From Eggerthella sp. (lineage in GTDB: Bacteria > Actinomycetota > Coriobacteriia > Coriobacteriales > Eggerthellaceae): a stretch of DNA of 64,000 nt. The stretch lies in assembly GCA_030540085.1 (NCBI GenBank), contig JAUNWY010000004.1, positions 64,382 to 128,381 on the forward strand, written 5' to 3'. A program made the translations under genes and the position numbers. The notes under the pieces were generated by a model. It did no database searches. It was not told where the DNA came from and saw nothing but the letters and a program-made list of their open reading frames with translations. Shown piece by piece: positions 36,800 through 46,405 of the stretch (position 1 is its first letter; each line of letters opens with the position of its first letter).

Positions 36800-39700
36800 T
36801 TACTTGAAGTACTCTACGCCACCCTCGAACAGAGGCTGGTACAGATTGCCGGGAACGTTCTTGTACAGGCCGTTTCCGGAGCGCTCGGTATGGCCCATCT
36901 TGCCCAAAACACGACCGTCGGGGCTGGTAATGCCCTCGATAGCCAAAATGGAGCCATTGGGATTAACCGAAAGGTCCATCGAAGGATTACCCGCCTCATC
37001 AACATACTGCGTTGCAATCTGACCTGCTGCAGCAAGCTGAGCAGCTGTTTCGGGGCTTGCCACGAAACGACCCTCGCCGTGGCTGATGGCAACCGTGTGA
37101 ATGTCGCCCACATTGCAGCGCGAAAGCCAAGGAGAAAGGCTCGAAGCGATGCGCGTGCGAACCAGGCCGCTCTGGTGGCGACCGATGGTGTTGAACGTAA
37201 GCGTGGGAGCCTCGGGCGTTGCAGGAACGATATCGCCATAGGGAACCAAGCCCAATTTGATAAGGGCCTGGAAACCATTGCAGATACCCAGCATCAGGCC
37301 ATCGCGCTTCTGGAGCAGCTCGCGTACCGCTTCGGTAACGGCAGGCGCGCGGAAGAATGCCGTGATGAACTTCGCGGAACCATCGGGCTCGTCGCCGCCG
37401 GAGAAGCCACCGGGAAGCATAACGATCTGGCTGTTGTTGATAGCCTTCACCAACGCATCGGTGCTTTCGGCAACCGCTGCAGGCGTAAGGTTGTTGATCA
37501 CCAAAATCTCAGGTTCGGCGCCAGCGCGCTTGAAGGCGTGGGCAGTATCGTATTCACAGTTGGTGCCAGGGAATACCGGGATGATTACGCGCGGCTTCGC
37601 GAACGATTCGCCGCAAACCAGAGGAAGCTTTTCCGACCAGCTAATCTGCTCGACCTTTTCGCCTTCACCGCGATACGGGAATACGGATTCGATGGCGCCT
37701 TCCCAAGCTTCCTGCAGCTTCGCCATGTTAATGGCTTCGCCGCATGCCGCAAACTCGTAAGCTTCGGTGGTGCAGCCAAGTTCGGAAACGGTTACCAGAT
37801 CGGTATTGGCGGGAATTTCAACACCGTCAGCGAGCTCGACGATGAAGCTGCCATAAGCCAGGCTGAACAGGTCGTCCGCCTCAACTTCATCGGAAAGCTT
37901 TACGCCTACGCCATTGCCAACGCTCATCTTGAACAGGGCCTCGGCAGCGCAGCCGTAACCCAAGGTTGCCGCAGCGGCGACCTTGCCTTCGCCGATGAGC
38001 GTTTCGACCAAGCCGAATGCGGCATTCATACCGTCCGCTTCGGGAACCAGGGAATCCATATCGTAGAACGCAGGCGCGATGCTGACGATGCGCGACCCAG
38101 CGCGCTTGAACTCAGGGGAAACCACGCGGTCGATAGAGCCGGTGGAAACCGCAAAGCTGATGAGCGTAGGAGGCACGTGGATTTCGGTATCGCCCTCTTC
38201 GAAGCTGCCCGACATGGAGTCTTTGCCGCCAATGGCGCCAATGCCCAAATCAACCTGAGCCATCAAAGCGCCCAAAACAGAAGCAGTGGGCTTGCCCCAA
38301 CGCTCGGGGATGTCACGCAGGCGCTCGAAGTACTCCTGCAAGGAAAGGTAAGCCGATTCGCGAGTGAAGCCCGTGGCAACCAGACGCGCTACACTTTCCA
38401 CAACAGCAAGGTAGGCACCCTTGAACTGGTTCTTCTCGGAAAGATACGGATTGAAGCCCCATGCCATAGCGCTTGCCGTGGTGGTCTCGCCATCGACGGG
38501 GAACTTGGCAACCATAGCCTGCGAAGGCGTGAGCTGGCGCTTGCCGCCGAAGGGCATGAGCACGGTAGCCGCACCGATAGTGGAGTCGAAGCGTTCGCCC
38601 AAGCCCTTGCTCGAGCAGATGTTCTGGTCGGTAACCAGCGAAGTCATGCGCTCTTCAAGCGTGGAACCTTCCCATGCGGGAGCATACGACTCGCCCGCCT
38701 GAACGTGAACGTCCTGATACTTCGGAGCACCATTGGTGTCGAGGAAAGCACGGCTGATGTCGACGATAGCCTCGCCGTTCCATTCCATGCGCAGGCGCTT
38801 TTCTTCGGTTACCGTAGCGACAACCGTTGCCTCGAGATTTTCCTCGTGTGCATAGCCAATGAACTCTTCGACATCTTCTGCGGCAAGAGCGCACGACATG
38901 CGCTCCTGGCTTTCGGAGATTGCAAGCTCAGTGCCGTCCAAGCCTTCGTATTTCTTAGGAACAGCGTTCAGGTCGATGAGCAGACCATCGCACAGCTCGC
39001 CGATGGAAACGGAAACGCCACCAGCGCCGAAGTCGTTGCATCGCTTGATAAGACGGCATGCCTCACCGCGACGGAACAAACGCTGGATCTTGCGCTCTAC
39101 CGGGGCGTTGCCCTTCTGCACTTCCGCACCGGACTTTTCCACGCTTTCAACGTTCTGCGTCTTGGAAGAACCAGTTGCACCACCGATGCCATCGCGGCCA
39201 GTGCGACCGCCCAGCAGAACGATTTTGTCGCCCGGAGCAGGCTCTTCGCGACGAACGTGATTGGCAGGCGTTGCGCCCACTACCGCGCCCACTTCCATGC
39301 GCTTGGCAACATAGCCCGGATGATACAGCTCGTGAACCTGGCCAGTAGCAAGGCCGATCTGATTGCCGTAAGAAGAATAGCCAGCAGCAGCGGTGGTAAC
39401 CAGCTTGCGCTGGGGAAGCTTGCCTTCGAGCGTTTCGGAAACGGGAACGGTCGGATCGCCTGCGCCGGTTACGCGCATGGCCTGATATACATAGCTGCGG
39501 CCCGAAAGAGGGTCGCGGATGGCGCCGCCCACGCACGTTGCCGCGCCACCGAAGGGCTCGATTTCCGTGGGATGGTTGTGGGTTTCGTTCTTGAACAAGA
39601 ACAGCCAATCCTGCTCTTCGCCATCGACATCGACCTTGCACTTTACCGTGCAGGCATTAACCTCGTCGGACTCGTCGAGCCCCTGAAGACCGCCATGCGC

Positions 39701-40558
39701 GCGCAGATACTTGGCACCAATGGTGCCCATATCCATCAGGCATACCGGCTTATGCTCGCGACCCAGCTCGGAGCGCATAGCAAGATACTTCTGGAATGCA
39801 AGCTGCACCGTTTCGTCGTCGATCTTAACGTCGGTAAGTTCGGTACCGAATGTGGTGTGGCGGCAATGATCGGACCAGTACGTATCGACAACGCGAACCT
39901 CGGTGATAGTGGGGTTGCGTCCAATTTCCTTGAAGTGAGCCTGGAAGAATTCGATATCCGCCTGGTCCATGGCAAGGCCGCGCTCTTCACGGAACTGGGC
40001 AAGACCCGCGTTGTCGAGCTCGGTGAAGCCCTCGATAACCTCTACCGGCTCGGGTTCGGGCACCTGCATCTCAAGCGTTTCGCGCGCCTCGAGCGCAGCT
40101 TCGCGCGCTTCAACCGGGTTGATAACGTAATGCTTGATGGCGGCAACATCCGCCTCGGAAAGTTCGCCTTCTAGCACATATACTTTGGCGCTGCGAACCG
40201 CAGGGCGTTCGCCCTGGCTGATGAGCTGGATGCATTCGCTCGCAGAATCGGCGCGCTGGTCAAACTGACCGGGAAGGAACTCGATGGCGAAAACCGTCTG
40301 GCCCGCAGGGCTTTCGCCCTTCAGGGCAGCCTCAACCTCGGGGCAGCTTTCACAAGACGTATCTACCTGAGGTTCGCTGAATACCACAGGGATGCACTGC
40401 TTGAACAGCTCATCGGAAATGCCCTCGACATCGTAGCGATTAACAAGGCGCAGACCCGTAAGCGCCTTCACGCCCAAGATCGTCTGCAGCTCGTGCAAGA
40501 GCTGCCCCGCCTCGACATCGAAACCGGGCTTTTTCTCAACATAAATGCGAGAAACCAT
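36800..40558 (-). CDS. purL: Phosphoribosylformylglycinamidine synthase (fused PurL-PurQ type)
   Basis: DTYWSDHCRH, KNETHNHPT, NDFGAGG, ISESQERM, GGKDSMSG, FPGTNCE, PGGFSGGD, GICNGFQ, SHGEG, KMGHTER. Confidence 0.96.
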   Translation of the reverse strand: MVSRIYVEKKPGFDVEAGQLLHELQTILGVKALTGLRLVNRYDVEGISDELFKQCIPVVFSEPQVDTSCESCPEVEAALKGESPAGQTVFAIEFLPGQFDQRADSASECIQLISQGERPAVRSAKVYVLEGELSEADVAAIKHYVINPVEAREAALEARETLEMQVPEPEPVEVIEGFTELDNAGLAQFREERGLAMDQADIEFFQAHFKEIGRNPTITEVRVVDTYWSDHCRHTTFGTELTDVKIDDETVQLAFQKYLAMRSELGREHKPVCLMDMGTIGAKYLRAHGGLQGLDESDEVNACTVKCKVDVDGEEQDWLFLFKNETHNHPTEIEPFGGAATCVGGAIRDPLSGRSYVYQAMRVTGAGDPTVPVSETLEGKLPQRKLVTTAAAGYSSYGNQIGLATGQVHELYHPGYVAKRMEVGAVVGATPANHVRREEPAPGDKIVLLGGRTGRDGIGGATGSSKTQNVESVEKSGAEVQKGNAPVERKIQRLFRRGEACRLIKRCNDFGAGGVSVSIGELCDGLLIDLNAVPKKYEGLDGTELAISESQERMSCALAAEDVEEFIGYAHEENLEATVVATVTEEKRLRMEWNGEAIVDISRAFLDTNGAPKYQDVHVQAGESYAPAWEGSTLEERMTSLVTDQNICSSKGLGERFDSTIGAATVLMPFGGKRQLTPSQAMVAKFPVDGETTTASAMAWGFNPYLSEKNQFKGAYLAVVESVARLVATGFTRESAYLSLQEYFERLRDIPERWGKPTASVLGALMAQVDLGIGAIGGKDSMSGSFEEGDTEIHVPPTLISFAVSTGSIDRVVSPEFKRAGSRIVSIAPAFYDMDSLVPEADGMNAAFGLVETLIGEGKVAAAATLGYGCAAEALFKMSVGNGVGVKLSDEVEADDLFSLAYGSFIVELADGVEIPANTDLVTVSELGCTTEAYEFAACGEAINMAKLQEAWEGAIESVFPYRGEGEKVEQISWSEKLPLVCGESFAKPRVIIPVFPGTNCEYDTAHAFKRAGAEPEILVINNLTPAAVAESTDALVKAINNSQIVMLPGGFSGGDEPDGSAKFITAFFRAPAVTEAVRELLQKRDGLMLGICNGFQALIKLGLVPYGDIVPATPEAPTLTFNTIGRHQSGLVRTRIASSLSPWLSRCNVGDIHTVAISHGEGRFVASPETAAQLAAAGQIATQYVDEAGNPSMDLSVNPNGSILAIEGITSPDGRVLGKMGHTERSGNGLYKNVPGNLYQPLFEGGVEYFK

Positions 40559-41134
40559 GAATCCTACCCTTCTTTATTATGTTGGGTGCCTTTTCCTGCT
40601 TGTCTTGAACGCAAAATGCACTTCAAAGCTCTTTTGAAACAGTTCTTATCATGATACCGCAGTGCAGCTGGCGCTGCGATGGGATGAGGGCAAGAGCGCC
40701 CGCAGATGCGGCAAGCGAAAAAAGCCGAGACAAAGTGAGCAAAACGCCGGTATGCCCGCCCACGTCGCAACGGAGCATATCTTGCGCAAGACGCGTGCGC
40801 CTTCGAAGCCGTTCAGGCCAAGCAGCACGGGGCCCGCGACATCAACCAGGCAAGGCACTCGCGCCCTCACCCTCCCCGGCAAAGATCGCACGCTAGTTCG
40901 ACTGAACTCACCCTGGCAAAATCCCGCACTAATCCGACTGAAAAATGCAACATATGAAGAGAAACGATGGGCAAAACAAGCCAAATAGCAGGAAATTATT
41001 GAAAGCGTCCAGTTTGCAATCATTTGAAGGGCGCACGTAGGGTAGCATTGTTAACAATTGGTCAAATATGACCCCTGAATGTTACAAAAATGCAATGTTG
41101 AATTGCGATCATACAAGGAAATATAAGGAACGTA

Positions 41135-42184
41135 ATGGCGCTTTCTTTTGTTGATTTCATCTCTCAGGCTATGGCTCAACCCAGCCTCTTCGTCATTTTG
41201 ATTCTAGTAATCGGCGTTACCGCCGTTTCGGGCGCTACCGATGCGCCGAACGCTATTGCCACCGTCGTTTCCACTCGCTGCTTAAAGCCCAACGTTGCCA
41301 TCGGGCTGGCTGCGGTATTCAACTTCGTGGGTCTTGTAGGAATGACCTACATATCAACCGCCGTAGCTAAAACGATGTTCGGGATGGTCGACTTCTCGGG
41401 CAATACCGATGCGGCCCTTTATGCCCTGATGGCGGCCATGATTGGCGCCATTTTATGGGGTATTTTCTGTTGGTTCTTCGGCATTCCCTGCTCGAAATCG
41501 CACAGCCTTATCGCCGGCGTAACGGGTGGTGCCATTGCTCTGAACGGCCTTGCGGGCGTGGTTCCTGCAGAATGGGCCAAGGTTATTTACGGCATGGTAT
41601 TTTCGTTGGTAGCGGGCTTCTTCCTTGGCTGGCTGTTCGTCAAAGTCATCGAAAAAGTCTGCACACATGTAAACCGCCAAGCAGCAAACCATGCTTTTAC
41701 CGGAATCCAAGACGTATGCGCCGTGGCTCTCTCTTTTTTGCATGGCGCCCAGGACGGCCAGAAGTTCATGTCCATCGCCATGCTGGGCGTTGCCCTTTCC
41801 TTCGGCAACTCGACCCCCGATTCCAACGGGTTCCCCATGTGGCTCATGATCATCTGCTCGCTCGCCATTTCGCTTGGCACCATCGTGGGCGGCAAACGCA
41901 TCATCAAATCGGTCGGCATGGACATGGTCAAGCTCGAGAAGTACCAAGGCGTAGCCGCCAACTTCTCCACCACTTTCACGCTACTGTTCGCCAGCCTTAC
42001 CGGCATGCCCGTTTCCACCGGCCACTGCAACACCTCGGCCATCATGGGCGTCGGTGCCAGCAAATCGTTCAAACGCGTTAACTGGGGAATTGCCCGCAAC
42101 ATGGTTCTTGCGTGGGTACTCACCTTCCCCGCTTGCGGCTTTATCGGCTTCCTTCTTGCCCACCTGTTCATGATGTTCGCATAG
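41135..42184 (+). CDS. Inorganic phosphate transporter, PiT family
   Basis: GATDAPNAIAT..ST, GIP.S.SH..I.G, HGAQDGQK, GMPVSTGH, W..T.P. Confidence 0.88.
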   Translation: MALSFVDFISQAMAQPSLFVILILVIGVTAVSGATDAPNAIATVVSTRCLKPNVAIGLAAVFNFVGLVGMTYISTAVAKTMFGMVDFSGNTDAALYALMAAMIGAILWGIFCWFFGIPCSKSHSLIAGVTGGAIALNGLAGVVPAEWAKVIYGMVFSLVAGFFLGWLFVKVIEKVCTHVNRQAANHAFTGIQDVCAVALSFLHGAQDGQKFMSIAMLGVALSFGNSTPDSNGFPMWLMIICSLAISLGTIVGGKRIIKSVGMDMVKLEKYQGVAANFSTTFTLLFASLTGMPVSTGHCNTSAIMGVGASKSFKRVNWGIARNMVLAWVLTFPACGFIGFLLAHLFMMFA

Positions 42185-42263
42185 GGCACCAGGAGGCATA
42201 TTGTCCCCAAGGCACACCCGCACGCTGCTGTAGCGGATTCCGCCTTCGCCTATAATCAGGCGC

Positions 42264-44207
42264 ATGGAACAAGCTCTTTTCGACATACTTGACGCACTCA
42301 AGACAAAGGAGCGCCTTGACGAGCGCGAACTCACAAAGATAATCAACCGCCACAACAAGCGCATCCTTGAAGCGCAACGCACCGCCAACTGCGCCAAGCC
42401 GAACGCCGCTGACGAAAACACCCAAAACCACGCATCCGCGTCTTCGGAACCGACGAAAGCACGCCCTCTCTCGAAGCGCCAACTCATGGCCTTCTATCTT
42501 GACGTGCAGAAGAACCAACCCGAGCGCTGGAACAGTTGGGGTTTAAGCGATGAGCAGCAGCGCCGCCTTGTCCGCACTCTGCAGATGAAGCCCCGCCGCA
42601 CCGCCTCAGGCGTTGCCACCATCACCGTGCTTACCAAGCCGTGGAAATGCTCCAGCAACTGCCTGTACTGCCCCAACGACTTGCGCATGCCCAAAAGCTA
42701 CCTGGCAGACGAGCCTGCATGCCAACGCGCCGAGCGCACCTTCTTCGATCCCTACCTGCAGGTTGCCGCGCGCCTCAAAGCCCTCACCGAAATGGGCCAC
42801 GTCACCGACAAAGTCGAGCTCATCGTTTTGGGCGGCACCTGGAGCGATTACCCGGAAAACTACCAGATCTGGTTCATCCGTGAACTGTTCCGTGCATTGA
42901 ACGATGGTTCCCGAGCGATCGAGAACCTCCCCGCGCGCAAGCGTGCCTACGAATTGGCAGGGATCTCTTGCGACCCGGAACCCCTTAAAACATTCGTTGC
43001 CGAAGAGCAGCGTCGTATCGACAACCGAGAAACAACGTACAACCAGGCCTTCGACCGTCTCTACGGAGAAAATGCTGCGTGGTCATCGGTGGCCCAATGG
43101 CAGAAGGCAACGTGGGAAGAGCTCGAAGCCGAGCACAATGCCAATGTCGACGGGCAGCACCGCGTAGTAGGCTTGGTGATAGAAACACGGCCCGAGCGCA
43201 TAACGCCCACCCACTTGGCCGCACTGCGTCGCATGGGCTGCACCAAAGTCCAAATGGGCATTCAAAGCCTGGACGAAAACGTGCGTATGCTCAACGATCG
43301 CCATACCTCCACGCAGCAAATCCAACGCGCATTCGAGCTGCTGCGCTTGTTCGGTTTCAAAACCCACGTGCATGCCATGGTGAATTTGCTGGGCGCCACA
43401 CCGGAATCGGATAAAGCCGACTACCTGCGCCTTTGCAACGATGCCGCGTTCCAGCCCGATGAGGTGAAGCTCTATCCATGCGTCCTCGTTGAGGGAACCG
43501 GACTCTGCGAACGCTTCGATAATCGCACCTGGCAGCCCTACTCCGAACCCAGCTTGGTGGATGTGTTGGTCTCCGATACCTGCGCAACACCCGCATTTAC
43601 GCGCATTTCCCGCATGATCCGAGATATATCAGCGCCTGACATCAAAGCGGGCAATAAAAAGGTGAACCTGCGCCAGCTGGTTGAGCAGCGAATCGATTCC
43701 GAGGGTCTTGCCACGGCTGAAATCCGCCATCGCGAAGTGAGCCTTGCCAACGTTGCCGCCGAAGACCTTTCGCTTGAGGTAGTTGAGTACGAAACCACTG
43801 CCACCAGCGAACGCTTCCTTCAATGGGTAACGCCGCAGGGAAAAATCGCGGGTTTCCTGCGTCTTTCGCTCCCTCACGCCAATGCGATAGCTCAGCTTGA
43901 AAAAGAGTACGAAGCGGCAACATCCAAGACGGTCAAACAAACCTGCGCCCTTCCCTTCCCCCTCCAAGAGGGAGAAGCGATGATTCGCGAAGTGCACGTT
44001 TATGGCCGCGTGGAAAAGCTGCAGCACGCTGGCATCAACAACGCCCAGCATCGCGGCCTGGGCACCCAGCTGGTAAACCGCGCTTGCGAGCTTACCGCAC
44101 AGGCGGGATACCAACGCATCAACGTTATCAGCGCCGTGGGAACGCGTGGCTATTATCGAAAACTCGGTTTCTATGACAATGGGCTGTACCAGCAGCGTAA
44201 GCTGTAA
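42264..44207 (+). CDS. elp3: Elongator protein 3-like radical SAM/acetyltransferase (tRNA U34 carboxymethyltransferase)
   Basis: RTASGVA..V..KP..CSSNCLYCP..PKSY...EP, DKVE..LGGT, ETRP, KLYP, IREVHVYG, QHRGLG, VISAVGTRGYYRKLG. Confidence 0.9.
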   Translation: MEQALFDILDALKTKERLDERELTKIINRHNKRILEAQRTANCAKPNAADENTQNHASASSEPTKARPLSKRQLMAFYLDVQKNQPERWNSWGLSDEQQRRLVRTLQMKPRRTASGVATITVLTKPWKCSSNCLYCPNDLRMPKSYLADEPACQRAERTFFDPYLQVAARLKALTEMGHVTDKVELIVLGGTWSDYPENYQIWFIRELFRALNDGSRAIENLPARKRAYELAGISCDPEPLKTFVAEEQRRIDNRETTYNQAFDRLYGENAAWSSVAQWQKATWEELEAEHNANVDGQHRVVGLVIETRPERITPTHLAALRRMGCTKVQMGIQSLDENVRMLNDRHTSTQQIQRAFELLRLFGFKTHVHAMVNLLGATPESDKADYLRLCNDAAFQPDEVKLYPCVLVEGTGLCERFDNRTWQPYSEPSLVDVLVSDTCATPAFTRISRMIRDISAPDIKAGNKKVNLRQLVEQRIDSEGLATAEIRHREVSLANVAAEDLSLEVVEYETTATSERFLQWVTPQGKIAGFLRLSLPHANAIAQLEKEYEAATSKTVKQTCALPFPLQEGEAMIREVHVYGRVEKLQHAGINNAQHRGLGTQLVNRACELTAQAGYQRINVISAVGTRGYYRKLGFYDNGLYQQRKL

Positions 44208-44337
44208 CCAATGTCGTAGTATTGCTTGCGAAAAGGTAATCACTCGGCAGCCATCCCCCTGAGAGCCGCGGTCCTTCCGCTGAAGCCGAATAGCCCAACG
44301 GGCAGAAAGGCCGCCGAGCATACGCAAGGAGCACGCA

Positions 44338-46149
44338 ATGACAACGTATTCTTCCCGCGAAGAAATCGACGAGCAGTATCGCTGGGATCTTTCCAGCATC
44401 TTCGAAAGCGACGAAGCCTTTTTGGCTGCGCTTGAAGAAGCAAAGAAGTTACCTCCCCAATTCGCATCATTCCAAGGGAAGATCAGCGCTTCTGCCACCG
44501 ATCTTCTTGCTTATCTGAAGCTTGACGACGAAGCGGGATTGATCCTTACCAAGCTGGTCAACTACGCCGAGCGAAAAAGCGACGAAGACACGCGCGAATC
44601 GCGCTACCAGGACTACTCAAGCCAGGTTATGACGCTCTGGGTTTCGCTCTCCAGCGCTTCTTCTTGGTTTACCTCCGAGCTGCTTAGCTTAAGCGAGCAG
44701 GAAATGGAAGGGTTTTACTCACAGGAACCTGGACTGGAACTGTACCGCCGCTGCTTAGATGTCATCTTCAGCAGACGCGAGCACGTGCTCTCTCCTGCCG
44801 AAGAAAAGCTCTTGGCTGCCGCAGGAGACATGGCCAACCAGCCCGACAACATCTTCTCTCTGCTCAACGACGCTGATCTTACCTTCCCCGATGCGCACGA
44901 TGCCGAAGGCGTTGCACATCCGGTAACCCACGGCAGCTACATCCCTCTTATGATGTCGGCCGATCGAACGCTGCGTGAATCCGCCTATGAGTCGCTCTAT
45001 TCCAGCTACCGCCAATTCCGCAACACCTTTGCCGCAACGCTAGGCGCCCAAAACAAACAGCTGAAATTCTTCGCAGAGGCACGTCGTTACGACTCGGCAC
45101 TGGAAGCAGCGCTCTCTGCCAACGAAGTGCCAACCCAGGTATACACGAATCTCATTGAAACTGTGCATAACAACATGGACGCCATGTACAAGTACGTGGC
45201 CTTGCGCAAGGAACTTCTGGGCGTAGACGAGCTGCGTTTCTCCGATCTGTACGTGCCCATCGTCGATGACGTGGAGTTCACCTTCACCTATGAAGAAGCC
45301 TGCGACATCATCCTGGAAGCGCTGCGCCCCATGGGTGAAGACTACCTGGCATTGGTGCGCCGCGGCCTTTCCGAACGATGGATTGACGTATACGAAACGC
45401 CGGGCAAACGCAGTGGTGCCTATTCGGCTGGCGGCTACGGCATGCACCCGGTAATTCTGCTCAACTTCCAGGGCAAGCTCGATGATGTGTTCACGCTGAT
45501 CCACGAAATGGGCCATTCCATCCATACGTATCTCTCTTGCGCCAACCAGCCCGTGTGCTATTCGGACTACGTCATCTTCGTGGCTGAAGTAGCGTCTACC
45601 TGCAACGAAGCGCTGCTTACGCGCTACCTCCTTGACCACGCGAAAAACGAGCGCGAACGCGCTTACTTCCTGAACCACTTCTTGGAGCAGTTCCGCGCAA
45701 CGCTGTACCGCCAAACCATGTTCGCTGAATTCGAGCTGAAGGTGGCAGAGCTCACCGCGCAGGGTGCTGGCATTACCGCCGATGCGCTCTGCGGCATCTA
45801 TAAGGAACTGAACGCACAGTACTTCGGCGATGGCATTGCGCTCGACGAGAACATTGCCCTTGAATGGGCGCGCATCCCGCACTTCTATTACCGCTTCTAC
45901 GTATACCAATACGCCACGGGCTTCGCAGCCGCCATTGCACTTTCTCAGCGTATTTTGGACTTGGGGGAACAGGGACGCGAAGACTACCTGGGCTTCCTGA
46001 AGGGCGGCAGCTCCAAGCCCCCAATCGACCTTTTGCGCGGCGCCGGCGTTGACATGCTCAGCCCCCAACCCGTCGAAGACGCCCTAAAGCTCTTCGATGA
46101 AATGGTCGACGAAATGGCAGAAGCCTGCCACAAGCTGCAAGCCGAATAA
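44338..46149 (+). CDS. pepF: Oligoendopeptidase F (M3B)
   Basis: WDLS.IF, WIDVYE..GKRSGAYS, HEMGHSIH, FVAEVAST.NE, WARIPHFY..FYVYQYATG. Confidence 0.93.
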   Translation: MTTYSSREEIDEQYRWDLSSIFESDEAFLAALEEAKKLPPQFASFQGKISASATDLLAYLKLDDEAGLILTKLVNYAERKSDEDTRESRYQDYSSQVMTLWVSLSSASSWFTSELLSLSEQEMEGFYSQEPGLELYRRCLDVIFSRREHVLSPAEEKLLAAAGDMANQPDNIFSLLNDADLTFPDAHDAEGVAHPVTHGSYIPLMMSADRTLRESAYESLYSSYRQFRNTFAATLGAQNKQLKFFAEARRYDSALEAALSANEVPTQVYTNLIETVHNNMDAMYKYVALRKELLGVDELRFSDLYVPIVDDVEFTFTYEEACDIILEALRPMGEDYLALVRRGLSERWIDVYETPGKRSGAYSAGGYGMHPVILLNFQGKLDDVFTLIHEMGHSIHTYLSCANQPVCYSDYVIFVAEVASTCNEALLTRYLLDHAKNERERAYFLNHFLEQFRATLYRQTMFAEFELKVAELTAQGAGITADALCGIYKELNAQYFGDGIALDENIALEWARIPHFYYRFYVYQYATGFAAAIALSQRILDLGEQGREDYLGFLKGGSSKPPIDLLRGAGVDMLSPQPVEDALKLFDEMVDEMAEACHKLQAE

Positions 46150-46405
46150 TCCGCCGAATAAGGCACGCGCATGGACAAATAGGAGCAATAGCCCTCTCCT
46201 TCGGCTTCGTGCTGATGATGGTGCTCGACGTGGCACTGGGCTAGCCGAACAGAATAGACAGCTCGCTGGTAGGATTGCCGCCAAGCATTTTGCTTTTACT
46301 TGATTGGTAATCCTGCCAGCAGCCGAAAATAGATAAGGCAACCAAACCCGCCGCAAGAGCTGTGGCAATTGCCGCTGAACATAGCTTCTTCGACATTGGA
46401 CGCTC

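Noticed and set aside
36650-40174. 1174-aa plus-strand ORF
   Set aside because: Antisense shadow of purL with no recognisable domain.
40559-41134. ZTP or purine riboswitch, or small gene, in the long purL-pit spacer
   Set aside because: No recognisable aptamer core or terminator; the short ORFs lack RBS and protein-like composition; only a weak CGCAC..CGACTGAA repeat is present.
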